Positions 46,038 through 55,316 of a stretch of 55,316 nucleotides of DNA are shown piece by piece. The translations under genes and the position numbers were made by a program. The number at the start of each line of letters is the position of its first letter. Position 1 is the first letter of the stretch. The stretch is from NCBI GenBank assembly GCA_035540655.1, contig DATLGC010000163.1, forward strand, positions 1 through 55,316, in the 5' to 3' direction. The notes under the pieces are model-generated. The model did no database searches. It had not been told where the DNA came from and saw only the letters and a list, made by a program, of their open reading frames with translations. Source of the DNA: Sphingomicrobium sp. (GTDB lineage: Bacteria > Pseudomonadota > Alphaproteobacteria > Sphingomonadales > Sphingomonadaceae).

Positions 46038-46571
46038 ATGGCGAAGCAGAAGAGATCCGACGACTGGGGTTTCCCCCGCTGGCGGCCCTACGGCAGCTCG
46101 CGCGGCGCCGCGCGCATTCGCCTGTGCGACCGCGAAGGCTGCGACGAAGCCGGCGACCGGCCCGCGCCAAAGGCCCCCAACAATCCCGAACGCTGGTATT
46201 TCTGCGAAGCGCATGCCGCCGAATATAACAAGAATTGGGATTATTTCGCCGGGCTGAGCGCCGAAGAGGCCGCGCGCCGCGCCGCCGACGAGGAAGGAAG
46301 CGCCTCGGCCTTTCGCCGCTCGGCGCACTGGAAATGGGCCGGGCCCGGCGACGGCAGCCGGTCGCGCGACGAGATGCGCGCGCTCGACGCGCTCGAGCTC
46401 GAGGCGGATGCCGACTTCCGCTCGATCAAGGCTGCCTACCGCCGCCTTGCCAAGGAAAATCACCCGGACCTCAAGCCGGGCGACGAGGAAGCGGCGACGC
46501 GTTTCCGCCAGGTTCAGGCAGCCTACGACGTCCTGCGCAAGGCCGAAGAGCGCAAGGAGGGCAGCGCTTAG
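46038..46571 (+). CDS. J-domain protein with N-terminal Cys/His motif
   Basis: CDREGC..FCEAH..YN..WDYF; C-terminal J domain with HPD. Confidence 0.9.
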   Translation: MAKQKRSDDWGFPRWRPYGSSRGAARIRLCDREGCDEAGDRPAPKAPNNPERWYFCEAHAAEYNKNWDYFAGLSAEEAARRAADEEGSASAFRRSAHWKWAGPGDGSRSRDEMRALDALELEADADFRSIKAAYRRLAKENHPDLKPGDEEAATRFRQVQAAYDVLRKAEERKEGSA

Positions 46572-46999
46572 CCGCTGAACATGAACGTCGCCGCGCTGTA
46601 CGCGATCGGTCGCCCCTGGTCGCCGCCGTGGGCGATCCCGCGGACGAAGGCGATGTTTCGGGTGATCTTGCTGCATTCGCAGCGCGCGTGAACCGTCTCG
46701 CCGCGCAGAGCGGGGCGCAGATAGTCGATCCTCAGGTCCAGCGTCACGACTGGGCGGAATTTGCCGATCGTCACCCAAATCGAGCTTCCGCTGGCGGTGT
46801 CGATCAGGCTGACGATCGCCCCGGTGGCGAGGATGCCGCTTTCGGGCACTCCGACCAGCTCCTCGCGCCAGGGCAGGCAAAGCTCGGCCCAATTGTCGCC
46901 CGAAGCGCGATATTCGAGGCCCAGCGCGCGGCCGTGGCCGACGGCCTTGGCAAAATCGAAGAAGGCTGCAAGGTCGAATTCGCCCTGGCCCTCGGTCAT
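46568..46999 (-). CDS. PaaI family thioesterase
   Basis: GAIVSLIDTA, TLDLRIDYLRPA. Confidence 0.88.
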   Translation of the reverse strand: MTEGQGEFDLAAFFDFAKAVGHGRALGLEYRASGDNWAELCLPWREELVGVPESGILATGAIVSLIDTASGSSIWVTIGKFRPVVTLDLRIDYLRPALRGETVHARCECSKITRNIAFVRGIAHGGDQGRPIAYSAATFMFSG

Positions 47000-47409
47000 G
47001 CGGCAAGCCGCTCGGCGGTCTCGCGAATGAGCGCGATCATGTTGGGCACGCCCTGGGTCCGGTTGGCGCTTAGCTGGCGGCCAAGATCGAAGGGCGCCAG
47101 CTCGGCGGCGATGTCCATTCGGGCTACCCCGTCCGCCGGCTTGTCCTGGACGGCCGAAAGAATGAGCGCGACGATCCCCTTGGTGATCGCGGCATTGCTG
47201 TCGGCGAGGAAATGCAGCCGGCCATCGGCGCTGGTCGGATATACCCAGACCGAAGCCGAGCAGCCGCGAACCCTGGTCGCCTCGGTCTTGAGCGCGTCCG
47301 GCATCGGCTCGAGCTTGCGGCCGAGATCGATCAGCAGCCGATAACGGTCCTCGCCTTCGAGCAGTTCATACTCGTCGTAGATTTCGCGGAGGGGCGGAAG
47401 TCCGGTCAC
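46996..47409 (-). CDS. sufE: SufE family Fe-S acceptor
   Basis: RYRLLIDLG, VRGCSASVW, DSNAAITKG, LSANRTQG. Confidence 0.92.
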   Translation of the reverse strand: MTGLPPLREIYDEYELLEGEDRYRLLIDLGRKLEPMPDALKTEATRVRGCSASVWVYPTSADGRLHFLADSNAAITKGIVALILSAVQDKPADGVARMDIAAELAPFDLGRQLSANRTQGVPNMIALIRETAERLAA

Positions 47410-47445
47410 GCGAGCGAGATAATGGGCCGTGAGGCGCCTGTCATC

Positions 47446-47691
47446 CTAGCGGTCGCGAAGCTCCTCGATCTGCCGGGAAAGGCTGTTCTCGCGGTCGGTG
47501 GCAATCCGCTCGAGGACATGGATGCGCTCCTTGAGCTGCTTGACCTCGTCGCGCAGTCGCATCGCCTCGGCCCGCTCCTCGGGGCTTTGCCCGCCTTCGC
47601 GCGGCGAGCGCGAATGCAGCCAGGCGCGGATAACGGAGGCGATCATGACGATGAAAACGATCGCGACGACCATGGAAAATGGACTGTTCAC
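47446..47691 (-). CDS. PspB-like small membrane protein 4
   Basis: N-terminal TM, coiled coil RIHVLERIATD..LSRQIEELR. Confidence 0.8.
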   Translation of the reverse strand: MNSPFSMVVAIVFIVMIASVIRAWLHSRSPREGGQSPEERAEAMRLRDEVKQLKERIHVLERIATDRENSLSRQIEELRDR

Positions 47692-47972
47692 AGCGCTTGC
47701 TCTCCCTCGCTGATTTGCTTCCGGTCCCGAAGCGCCTCGATCTGCGCGGCGGTCTGCATGCCGCCGTCGGTGACGATCTGCTCGAGAACGCGGACCCGGG
47801 CTGCCAGCTCGGCGTTGCTGGCGGCGTATTGCGCTGCCTTCTCGGCCGCAAGTGTCGTCTCCGCCTCAAGCTGCTTCTCTTTGTAGCGGAAGAATCCGCG
47901 CGCCATGTAGGTCAGGAAGATGACCGGCAGGCCGATTACGATGAAGGCAATGAAGACTTCGCTGGGGCCCAT
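47688..47972 (-). CDS. PspB-like small membrane protein 3
   Basis: TM, RVRVLEQIVTD..AAQIEALR. Confidence 0.8.
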   Translation of the reverse strand: MGPSEVFIAFIVIGLPVIFLTYMARGFFRYKEKQLEAETTLAAEKAAQYAASNAELAARVRVLEQIVTDGGMQTAAQIEALRDRKQISEGEQAL

Positions 47973-48304
47973 TATGCGTTTCCTCCCCTGTCATGGGCCA
48001 GCGCGTCAATCTCCTGCGCAAGCCGGTGCGGCTGGTCGGTGACGATCCGCTCGATCGTCTCGAGCCGGTCCTTGAGCGAGCCGACCTCGGCGCGAAGCTG
48101 GGCATTCTCGCTGGTCAGGAGCTTGATCCGCTCGGCCGCCTCGCGGTCGGTGCGGGGGTGGAGCGGAACGCCCCACGAGGTCTCCAGCGGATAGCCGTTC
48201 TTGATCTTCAGCCAGGTGGTCACCACCCAGCCGCCGACGCTGATCGTGACGATCAGCGCGATCAGCGGCGCCAGTTCGAGGATTGCGGCAAAGTTCGGGT
48301 TCAT
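47972..48304 (-). CDS. PspB-like small membrane protein 2
   Basis: TM, NGYPLE.SW, RLETIERIVTD..LAQEIDAL; AGGAGG SD. Confidence 0.8.
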   Translation of the reverse strand: MNPNFAAILELAPLIALIVTISVGGWVVTTWLKIKNGYPLETSWGVPLHPRTDREAAERIKLLTSENAQLRAEVGSLKDRLETIERIVTDQPHRLAQEIDALAHDRGGNA

Positions 48305-48317
48305 CGCGAGGTCCTCC

Positions 48318-48608
48318 TTAGCGAAGCCGCTCGATTTCGCGGGAAAGCTGGTCCGGCTGGTCGGTCGCGATTCGTTCAAGCACCTTCAGCCGATCTTCCA
48401 GCTTGTGGAGGTGCGCCTTCAGCGCGCCGTTCTCCTCTTTGAGTTGCGCGATCCGGCGCTCGGCGGCGGGGTCACGCTTTTCGGTCGTCCCCGACCATTC
48501 GTTTTCGAGTGGATAGCCGTGCCTCGCCCGGATCCAGCTGCTGACCAGCCAGCCCCCGGTACTGATGGCGATGATTGCAAGCACGAATTCCGGTCCGCCC
48601 CAGGACAT
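48318..48608 (-). CDS. PspB-like small membrane protein 1
   Basis: TM, HGYPLENEW, RLKVLERIATD..LSREIERLR. Confidence 0.8.
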   Translation of the reverse strand: MSWGGPEFVLAIIAISTGGWLVSSWIRARHGYPLENEWSGTTEKRDPAAERRIAQLKEENGALKAHLHKLEDRLKVLERIATDQPDQLSREIERLR

Positions 48609-48630
48609 ATTGTTCTCCTTCCCCTGACGC

Positions 48631-49317
48631 CTAGCGAAGTTGCTCGATCTCGCGGGCGAGCGAGCGGTTTTCGGTCGTCACATAGCTTTCGATGTCGGCC
48701 AGCCGGCGGTTTATGTCCCGAAGCCGGGAGTGCAGGTCTCGCGCGGCTCGGGCCGGCGAAGCGCGCACGCCTTGCCAGAATTCCTTGTGCTCCTGGTCGT
48801 GGGTTTCCCAGCCCTTCGGTTTTGCCGGCGTGATCAGCCCGGCGATCAGATATGGCAGGAGCAGCGTGCCGCCACTGAGAAAGACTCCGGCGATGAAGCA
48901 TACGCGAACCAGGCTCACGTCAACGCCGGTGTAGTCGGCGATTCCGGCGCAGACGCCCATGAACTTGCCCTGCGCCTTGTCGCGATAGAAACGGGTGTGG
49001 CTCGGGGCCCCGCTCGCGGACTGTGAATGAAGGTCAGGCGCCGCTCGCACAGGTTCGCGAGCGTCCCCGAGATTGGCCCCGTCAGCCGGGGCGGAGGGCG
49101 CGAGCAAGCCGGCGGCGAGGTAAAGCGGGAGGGTCATTCCGCCGCTCAGGACCGTGGCGACGACCATGCCGATCCGCACGAGGGTGACGTCCACGCCGAC
49201 ATAATCGGCGAAGCCCGCGCACACGCCCAAAATCTTGCCGTCGCGCTTGTTGAGGCAAAAACGCTGCGAAAGCTGGTTCGGCGGCCGGTAGTTCGGGGGT
49301 CTTTTGTCCGGGGTCAT
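48631..49317 (-). CDS. pspC: PspC with two tandem PspC domains
   Basis: GKILGVCAGFADY and GKFMGVCAGIADY; C-terminal RLADIESYVT..LAREIEQL. Confidence 0.88.
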   Translation of the reverse strand: MTPDKRPPNYRPPNQLSQRFCLNKRDGKILGVCAGFADYVGVDVTLVRIGMVVATVLSGGMTLPLYLAAGLLAPSAPADGANLGDAREPVRAAPDLHSQSASGAPSHTRFYRDKAQGKFMGVCAGIADYTGVDVSLVRVCFIAGVFLSGGTLLLPYLIAGLITPAKPKGWETHDQEHKEFWQGVRASPARAARDLHSRLRDINRRLADIESYVTTENRSLAREIEQLR

Positions 49318-49625
49318 CTCGGCTCTCGCTTGGCACGTTGGCGGCCGCCATGCTCCAGTTCGGGGTCCGCAAGCAGGCGGTCGCTCCGGTTGGGCAGGCA
49401 TTCCTGGCGCCAGTCCGGATTTTCGGCGGTGAGGATTCGCTCGATCGTGCACAGCCGATCGTCGAGCCGGCGAGCCGTGTCGTAGAGATCGTCAAGCAGC
49501 TGCTCGTCGGCCTGCGTGAGCGTGGCGGCGCGCTTCCATTTGGTGATGTGATGGAAGATGATCCACGGCAGCCCGAGCAGGACGACCGGAATGGCGACCA
49601 GCGGTATCAGAAGCTCAAAATCCAT
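49314..49625 (-). CDS. pspB: Phage shock protein B
   Basis: LPWIIFHHITKW..RLCTIERIL..NPDWR. Confidence 0.9.
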   Translation of the reverse strand: MDFELLIPLVAIPVVLLGLPWIIFHHITKWKRAATLTQADEQLLDDLYDTARRLDDRLCTIERILTAENPDWRQECLPNRSDRLLADPELEHGGRQRAKREPR

Positions 49626-49631
49626 TGCGAC

Positions 49632-50300
49632 TCATTCCCCCTTGCGCTTGAGCGCGGCTTTCATCGCCTCGAGCTCGGCGTCGACCTTTTCCGACGCCTT
49701 GAGCTCGGCGATTTCTTCCTCGAGGCTCTTCGGCCCCGTCATTCCGAGCGCGTCGGCCCGCCCCTCGGCGAAGTCGGCGCGCCGCTCGAGCACCTCGAAG
49801 CGCGAGAAAGCGTCCTCGGTGCGGTTGCCGTGCATGATCTCACGCGCCTTGGCCCTGGTCACCGCGCTTTCGAAGCGGGCGCTGATCGCATTCTGCCGGG
49901 CGCGCGCTTCGCGAAGCTTGCCCTGCAGCTTGGCGATGTCCGTCTCATAGGCTCTCAGCGTTTCGTCGATCACCTTGATTTCGTCCCGAAGCCCGGCCGC
50001 CATGTCCGCCGCTTTCTGCCGCTCGTGAAGCGCCGCCTTGGCGAGGTCGTCGCGATCCTTGGACAGCGCCAGCTCGGCCTTTTCGGTCCAGCTCGACTGA
50101 AGCTCGTCGAGCCGCGCCAGCGCCCGCCGCATTTCCTTGCCGTCGGCGATGGTCCGGGCGGCCGAGGCGCGGACCTCGACCAATGTCTCCTCCATTTCGA
50201 GGATGATCATCCGGATCATCCGCGCCGGGTCTTCGGCCCGGTCGAGAAGCTCGGTCATGTTCGCCGCGAAAATGTCCCGCGTCCGGGAGAAGATACCCAT
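49632..50300 (-). CDS. pspA: Phage shock protein A
   Basis: MGIFSRTRDI..AEDPARMIRMIILEMEETLVEVR. Confidence 0.95.
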   Translation of the reverse strand: MGIFSRTRDIFAANMTELLDRAEDPARMIRMIILEMEETLVEVRASAARTIADGKEMRRALARLDELQSSWTEKAELALSKDRDDLAKAALHERQKAADMAAGLRDEIKVIDETLRAYETDIAKLQGKLREARARQNAISARFESAVTRAKAREIMHGNRTEDAFSRFEVLERRADFAEGRADALGMTGPKSLEEEIAELKASEKVDAELEAMKAALKRKGE

Positions 50301-50345
50301 ATTGAACTCCGCAATCGTTTCAGGGCCCTTTAGGCTCCCTGATAT

Positions 50346-50360
50346 ACAAGAGCCGTGCCA
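50346..50360 (-). promoter_or_regulatory. Sigma-54 (-24/-12) promoter of pspA
   Basis: TGGCAC-N5-TTGT on the minus strand (GT variant at -12); divergent pspF. Confidence 0.75.
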
Positions 50361-50433
50361 CTTTTCCGGAAAGTCCGGAAACCTCGGATTTCTCCAATTT
50401 TCGAGCCGTCTGCAGGACAAAATATCTTGCCAA

Positions 50434-50453
50434 TTGGTGGGATTTGCCACCAA
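50434..50453. promoter_or_regulatory. Palindrome TTGGTGG-N6-CCACCAA, candidate PspF upstream activating sequence
   Basis: Perfect inverted repeat about 75-95 bp upstream of the sigma-54 site. Confidence 0.6.
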
Positions 50454-50482
50454 CAGTCGGCCAGATTCTGGAGCGGGAAATC

Positions 50483-51538
<1,056 letters not shown>

Positions 51539-51617
51539 CAGCACGTTGGTCGAAAAGCGGCTGCATCCAGCGATCCGGGGGAGTATAAGCGACTCGTCAC
51601 AGGCAAGGAGGCTTTCC

Positions 51618-52175
51618 ATGAAGTACGCCATCCTATCCGCCGCCGCCGCCGCGATCGTCGCGATTCCCGCCACCAGCGCCAGCGCCGGAACCCTCACGCT
51701 CGGAGGACCGCTGGCGGTCAATTGCTACGAAGCGGCTCTGGCGCGCTACGTCAGCCAGCCGTCGATGGAGGCGTGCAACCGCTCGCTCGCCGAAGAGCCG
51801 CTCAACCGCCGTGACCGCGCCGCGACCCTGGTCAATCGCGGAATCCTGCGCATGCTGGGCAACCAGCATGGCGCCGCCGATGCGGATTTCGACAGCGCCA
51901 TCAGGCTCGATTCGTCAGCCGCCGACCCGTGGCTCAACAAGGCGTTCCTGCGTCTGAAGCAGGGCGACGCAAGCGGTGCCCTGCCGTTGATCGACGCCGC
52001 GATAAGCCGCCAGGCGCGGCGCCAGGCGCTGGCGCTGTTCGCCCGGGGCTTGGCTCACGAGCAGACCGGCAATTACGGCGCGGCTTATTCCGACCTGATG
52101 CGCGCCCGCGACCTCGAGCCCGGCTGGGACATGCCGGCAAAGGCGCTCGCCCGCTACGAGCTGCGCGGCCGCTAA
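51618..52175 (+). CDS. Secreted TPR protein
   Basis: AAGGAGG SD; signal peptide; TLVNRG, WLNKA, FARG TPR repeats. Confidence 0.8.
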   Translation: MKYAILSAAAAAIVAIPATSASAGTLTLGGPLAVNCYEAALARYVSQPSMEACNRSLAEEPLNRRDRAATLVNRGILRMLGNQHGAADADFDSAIRLDSSAADPWLNKAFLRLKQGDASGALPLIDAAISRQARRQALALFARGLAHEQTGNYGAAYSDLMRARDLEPGWDMPAKALARYELRGR

Positions 52176-52194
52176 AGCCCCGCCGGCCCCGCCG

Positions 52195-52755
52195 CTACCA
52201 GCGGAAGGCGGTCATCGCGTAGAGCATCGGGATCGACAGCATGGTGTTGACCCGGCTGGTGACCATCGCCGTGCGGGCGCTCTTCGCCTTGGTCGCGTCA
52301 TCGGCTTCGACCAGGCCGAGCGCCTTCTTCTGGTTCGGCCAGATGATGAACCAGACGTTGAACGCCATGATGAGCGCCAGCCACATGCCCGCGCCGATCA
52401 GCTGATAGGGCTCCTGGAAGGTCAGCGCCTCGACTTCATAGCCGAGCAGATGGGCGAGGATGAGGCCCGTCAGCACCGTCAGCGCCGCGCCCCAGCGGAA
52501 GAAGAAGAGGGCCTTGGGCGCGATATATTTCGACACGGCCGGCTTCAGCTCGGCCGGAACCTGCGGCATGGTCGGGATCTGCACGAAGTTGAAATAATAG
52601 AGCAGGCCGATCCAGGTTATTCCGAAAAAGACGTGAAGCCATTGCATGATGCCGATCAGGCTGACGTCGCCGGTGTGGAACAGGGCCATCAGCGCGACGG
52701 CAAGACCAAGGCCGATGGCCAGCACCAGATGCAGATTGTCGAACAGCTTGCCCAT
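52195..52755 (-). CDS. Urate_ox_N / PuuD-like membrane protein
   Basis: [47 protein letters not shown]. Confidence 0.8.
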   Translation of the reverse strand: MGKLFDNLHLVLAIGLGLAVALMALFHTGDVSLIGIMQWLHVFFGITWIGLLYYFNFVQIPTMPQVPAELKPAVSKYIAPKALFFFRWGAALTVLTGLILAHLLGYEVEALTFQEPYQLIGAGMWLALIMAFNVWFIIWPNQKKALGLVEADDATKAKSARTAMVTSRVNTMLSIPMLYAMTAFRW

Positions 52756-52851
52756 CTCTTCCCCCTGTTGAACGGCAAATTCGGACATGTTCTTACGACT
52801 GCCGGGCCTTGCCCGGCAAGCGCTGTGGCCCGGCGGTGCAATTCCGTTGCT

Positions 52852-52886
52852 GTTCCCTACTTGTTCTCATTGAACAAAGCATGTAC
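52852..52886. promoter_or_regulatory. Two alphaproteobacterial LexA (SOS) boxes upstream of recA
   Basis: GTTC-N7-GTTC at 52852-52866 and GAAC-N7-GTAC at 52872-52886. Confidence 0.88.
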
Positions 52887-52940
52887 ATGAGCTGCATCCA
52901 ACCGGCGGTGCTCGGCCGCCTTGACGAAAGGAACAGGGGC

Positions 52941-54011
<1,071 letters not shown>

Positions 54012-54086
54012 GCCGGGCCGCGGCCGGCGGCGGGAAGGCCGGCGGCTGGGCGGCCGGCTCGCTGGCAAGCCGCCGCGCCGAGGCGC

Positions 54087-54227
54087 TCAGTCGCGGCCGC
54101 CGCCGCCGGAGTTCTGCTTGTCGCCGGTGCGGCTGTTCGACTCGCCCTTGTCATGGGCCTTCTTGTCGCCGCCCTTGTCCTCGCGCTGCCACTGGTCGAA
54201 ATCGCCCTTCTTCTTGTCGTCGGTCAT
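54087..54227 (-). CDS. 46-aa hydrophilic small protein MTDDKKKGDFDQWQREDKGGDKKAHDKGESNSRTGDKQNSGGGGRD
   Basis: Hand-translated; ATGA overlap with the upstream ORF; GC3-rich codons. Confidence 0.6.
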   Translation of the reverse strand: MTDDKKKGDFDQWQREDKGGDKKAHDKGESNSRTGDKQNSGGGGRD

Positions 54228-54508
54228 CGCACGTCCTCGTCGATAGTGTTCTCGTCCGCATTGCTGGTCGCTTGCCTGGCATTGGCGCCGCCGCCGGTGC
54301 CGATGCTGCCGACGCTAGCTCCGGGTCCGCCGCCCGGGGCCGTGCCGCCCGGCTGAAGGCCGCTCGCCAGGCCTCCGCCGGTCGCATTGGGTTCCTCGGC
54401 GTCGGACTTTTCCATGCCGAAGCGGGTCGTGTCGGTCTCGCCGGCCTCGGCGGGTCGGCGCTTCTCGTCGATGCTTTCAGGGCCGCGTCCGCCATCATTT
54501 GCCTGCAT
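54224..54508 (-). CDS. Gly-rich disordered small protein
   Basis: GGAG SD before ATG 54508; low-complexity hydrophilic sequence. Confidence 0.6.
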   Translation of the reverse strand: MQANDGGRGPESIDEKRRPAEAGETDTTRFGMEKSDAEEPNATGGGLASGLQPGGTAPGGGPGASVGSIGTGGGANARQATSNADENTIDEDVR

Positions 54509-54536
54509 CGCTCCATCTCCTCGGATCCAGGCGACC

Positions 54537-54562
54537 AACTCCCGGCCGGCGGGTGCGGTTCA
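54537..54562 (-). promoter_or_regulatory. Candidate sigma-EcfG promoter of the two small proteins
   Basis: TGAAC-N17-AGTT on the minus strand. Confidence 0.35.
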
Positions 54563-54604
54563 CTTTCCTTGGAGAAGCGCGCCCGGTCGCGGGGCGCCAA
54601 CCGT

Positions 54605-55018
54605 TCAGGCGGCGACGGCGCGTTTCTGGCCGGAGGCGCCGGGGACGGGCTCGGACGGGTCGTTGCCGAGGCGGACGATTCGGTTGGCGTCGTCGACGTG
54701 GACCACTCGCGGCTTGGCCGCCCGCGCCTCGGCATCCTCGAGCATGGCATAGCTCATGATGATGACGAGGTCGCCGGCCTGGACGAGATGGGCCGCGGCG
54801 CCGTTGATGCCGATCATGCCGCTGCCGGCAGGCGCGGTGATGACATAGGTTTCCAGCCGCGCGCCGTTGGTGATGTCGGCGATCACCACCTGCTCGCCCT
54901 CGATCAGGTCGGCGGCTTCCATCAGCGCCGAGTCGATGGCGATCGAGCCGACATAGTCGAGATCGGCCTGGGTGACCGTCGCTCGGTGGATCTTCGATTT
55001 CAGCATCACCCTCATCAA
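54605..55018 (-). CDS. panD: Aspartate 1-decarboxylase
   Basis: [14 protein letters not shown] (Gly-Ser cleavage site), [13 protein letters not shown]. Confidence 0.95.
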   Translation of the reverse strand: MMRVMLKSKIHRATVTQADLDYVGSIAIDSALMEAADLIEGEQVVIADITNGARLETYVITAPAGSGMIGINGAAAHLVQAGDLVIIMSYAMLEDAEARAAKPRVVHVDDANRIVRLGNDPSEPVPGASGQKRAVAA

Positions 55019-55126
55019 GGCGACGGCTCTCCTTCGTAGCGGCTGGCGCCGCGCCCCTAGCAGATTTGTCCTTCTTCGCCACTAGTCAAGTGCTGCAGCG
55101 CACAATCGCAGGTGCGGCATGGCCGC

Positions 55127-55316
55127 TCAGGAATATAGCGCCTCGACGAAATAGAGGCCGTCGGGCGGTGCGTTGAAACCGAGAGCGGCGCGGTCCCTGG
55201 CGTCGAGCGCCTTGCCGATGTCTTCCGGCCGCCACTGGCCGCGCCCGACCAGGGCGAGGCAGCCGACCATCGATCGCACCTGGTGGTGGAGGAAGCTTCG
55301 CGCCGCCGCCTCGATC
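55127..55316 (-). CDS. truA: tRNA pseudouridine(38-40) synthase, C-terminal part
   Basis: Hand translation: [22 protein letters not shown]; begins outside the window. Confidence 0.92.
   Translation of the reverse strand, partial: IEAAARSFLHHQVRSMVGCLALVGRGQWRPEDIGKALDARDRAALGFNAPPDGLYFVEALYS

Overview
GC-rich alphaproteobacterial chromosomal segment; gene content suggests Sphingomonadaceae (inference). Most of it is housekeeping: a CHASE2-degenerate GGDEF-EAL protein (partial), pntA2/pntB, Asp/Glu racemase, uvrC-recO-apaG, a GT4-phosphatase-wza-wzc-TPR polysaccharide block, an MFS pump, a DAACS symporter, a kdsD-kdsB-HAD-kdsA-GT block, ELM1-like protein and flippase, an EF-G paralog, rpoH, rluD, chpT-cheAWYBR, ampD, a P450, RNase P RNA, an expanded psp operon with pspF, recA with LexA boxes, panD and partial truA. 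The standout is a 6.1-kb lasso-peptide (RiPP) cluster at 4477-10581. It encodes a nucleotidyltransferase, a lasso cyclase, a 45-aa precursor missed by the ORF track (7533-7670; predicted core GGVGSVVETGGGNTNKKPG), an HPr-kinase-like kinase, a eukaryote-type PRMT-fold methyltransferase with an RRE-like C-terminal tail, a stand-alone RRE and a B2 peptidase. The core has neither the C-terminal Ser used by characterised lasso kinases nor an Arg for a PRMT, so the tailoring chemistry may be new. All calls are from manual motif recognition; no database searches were run.
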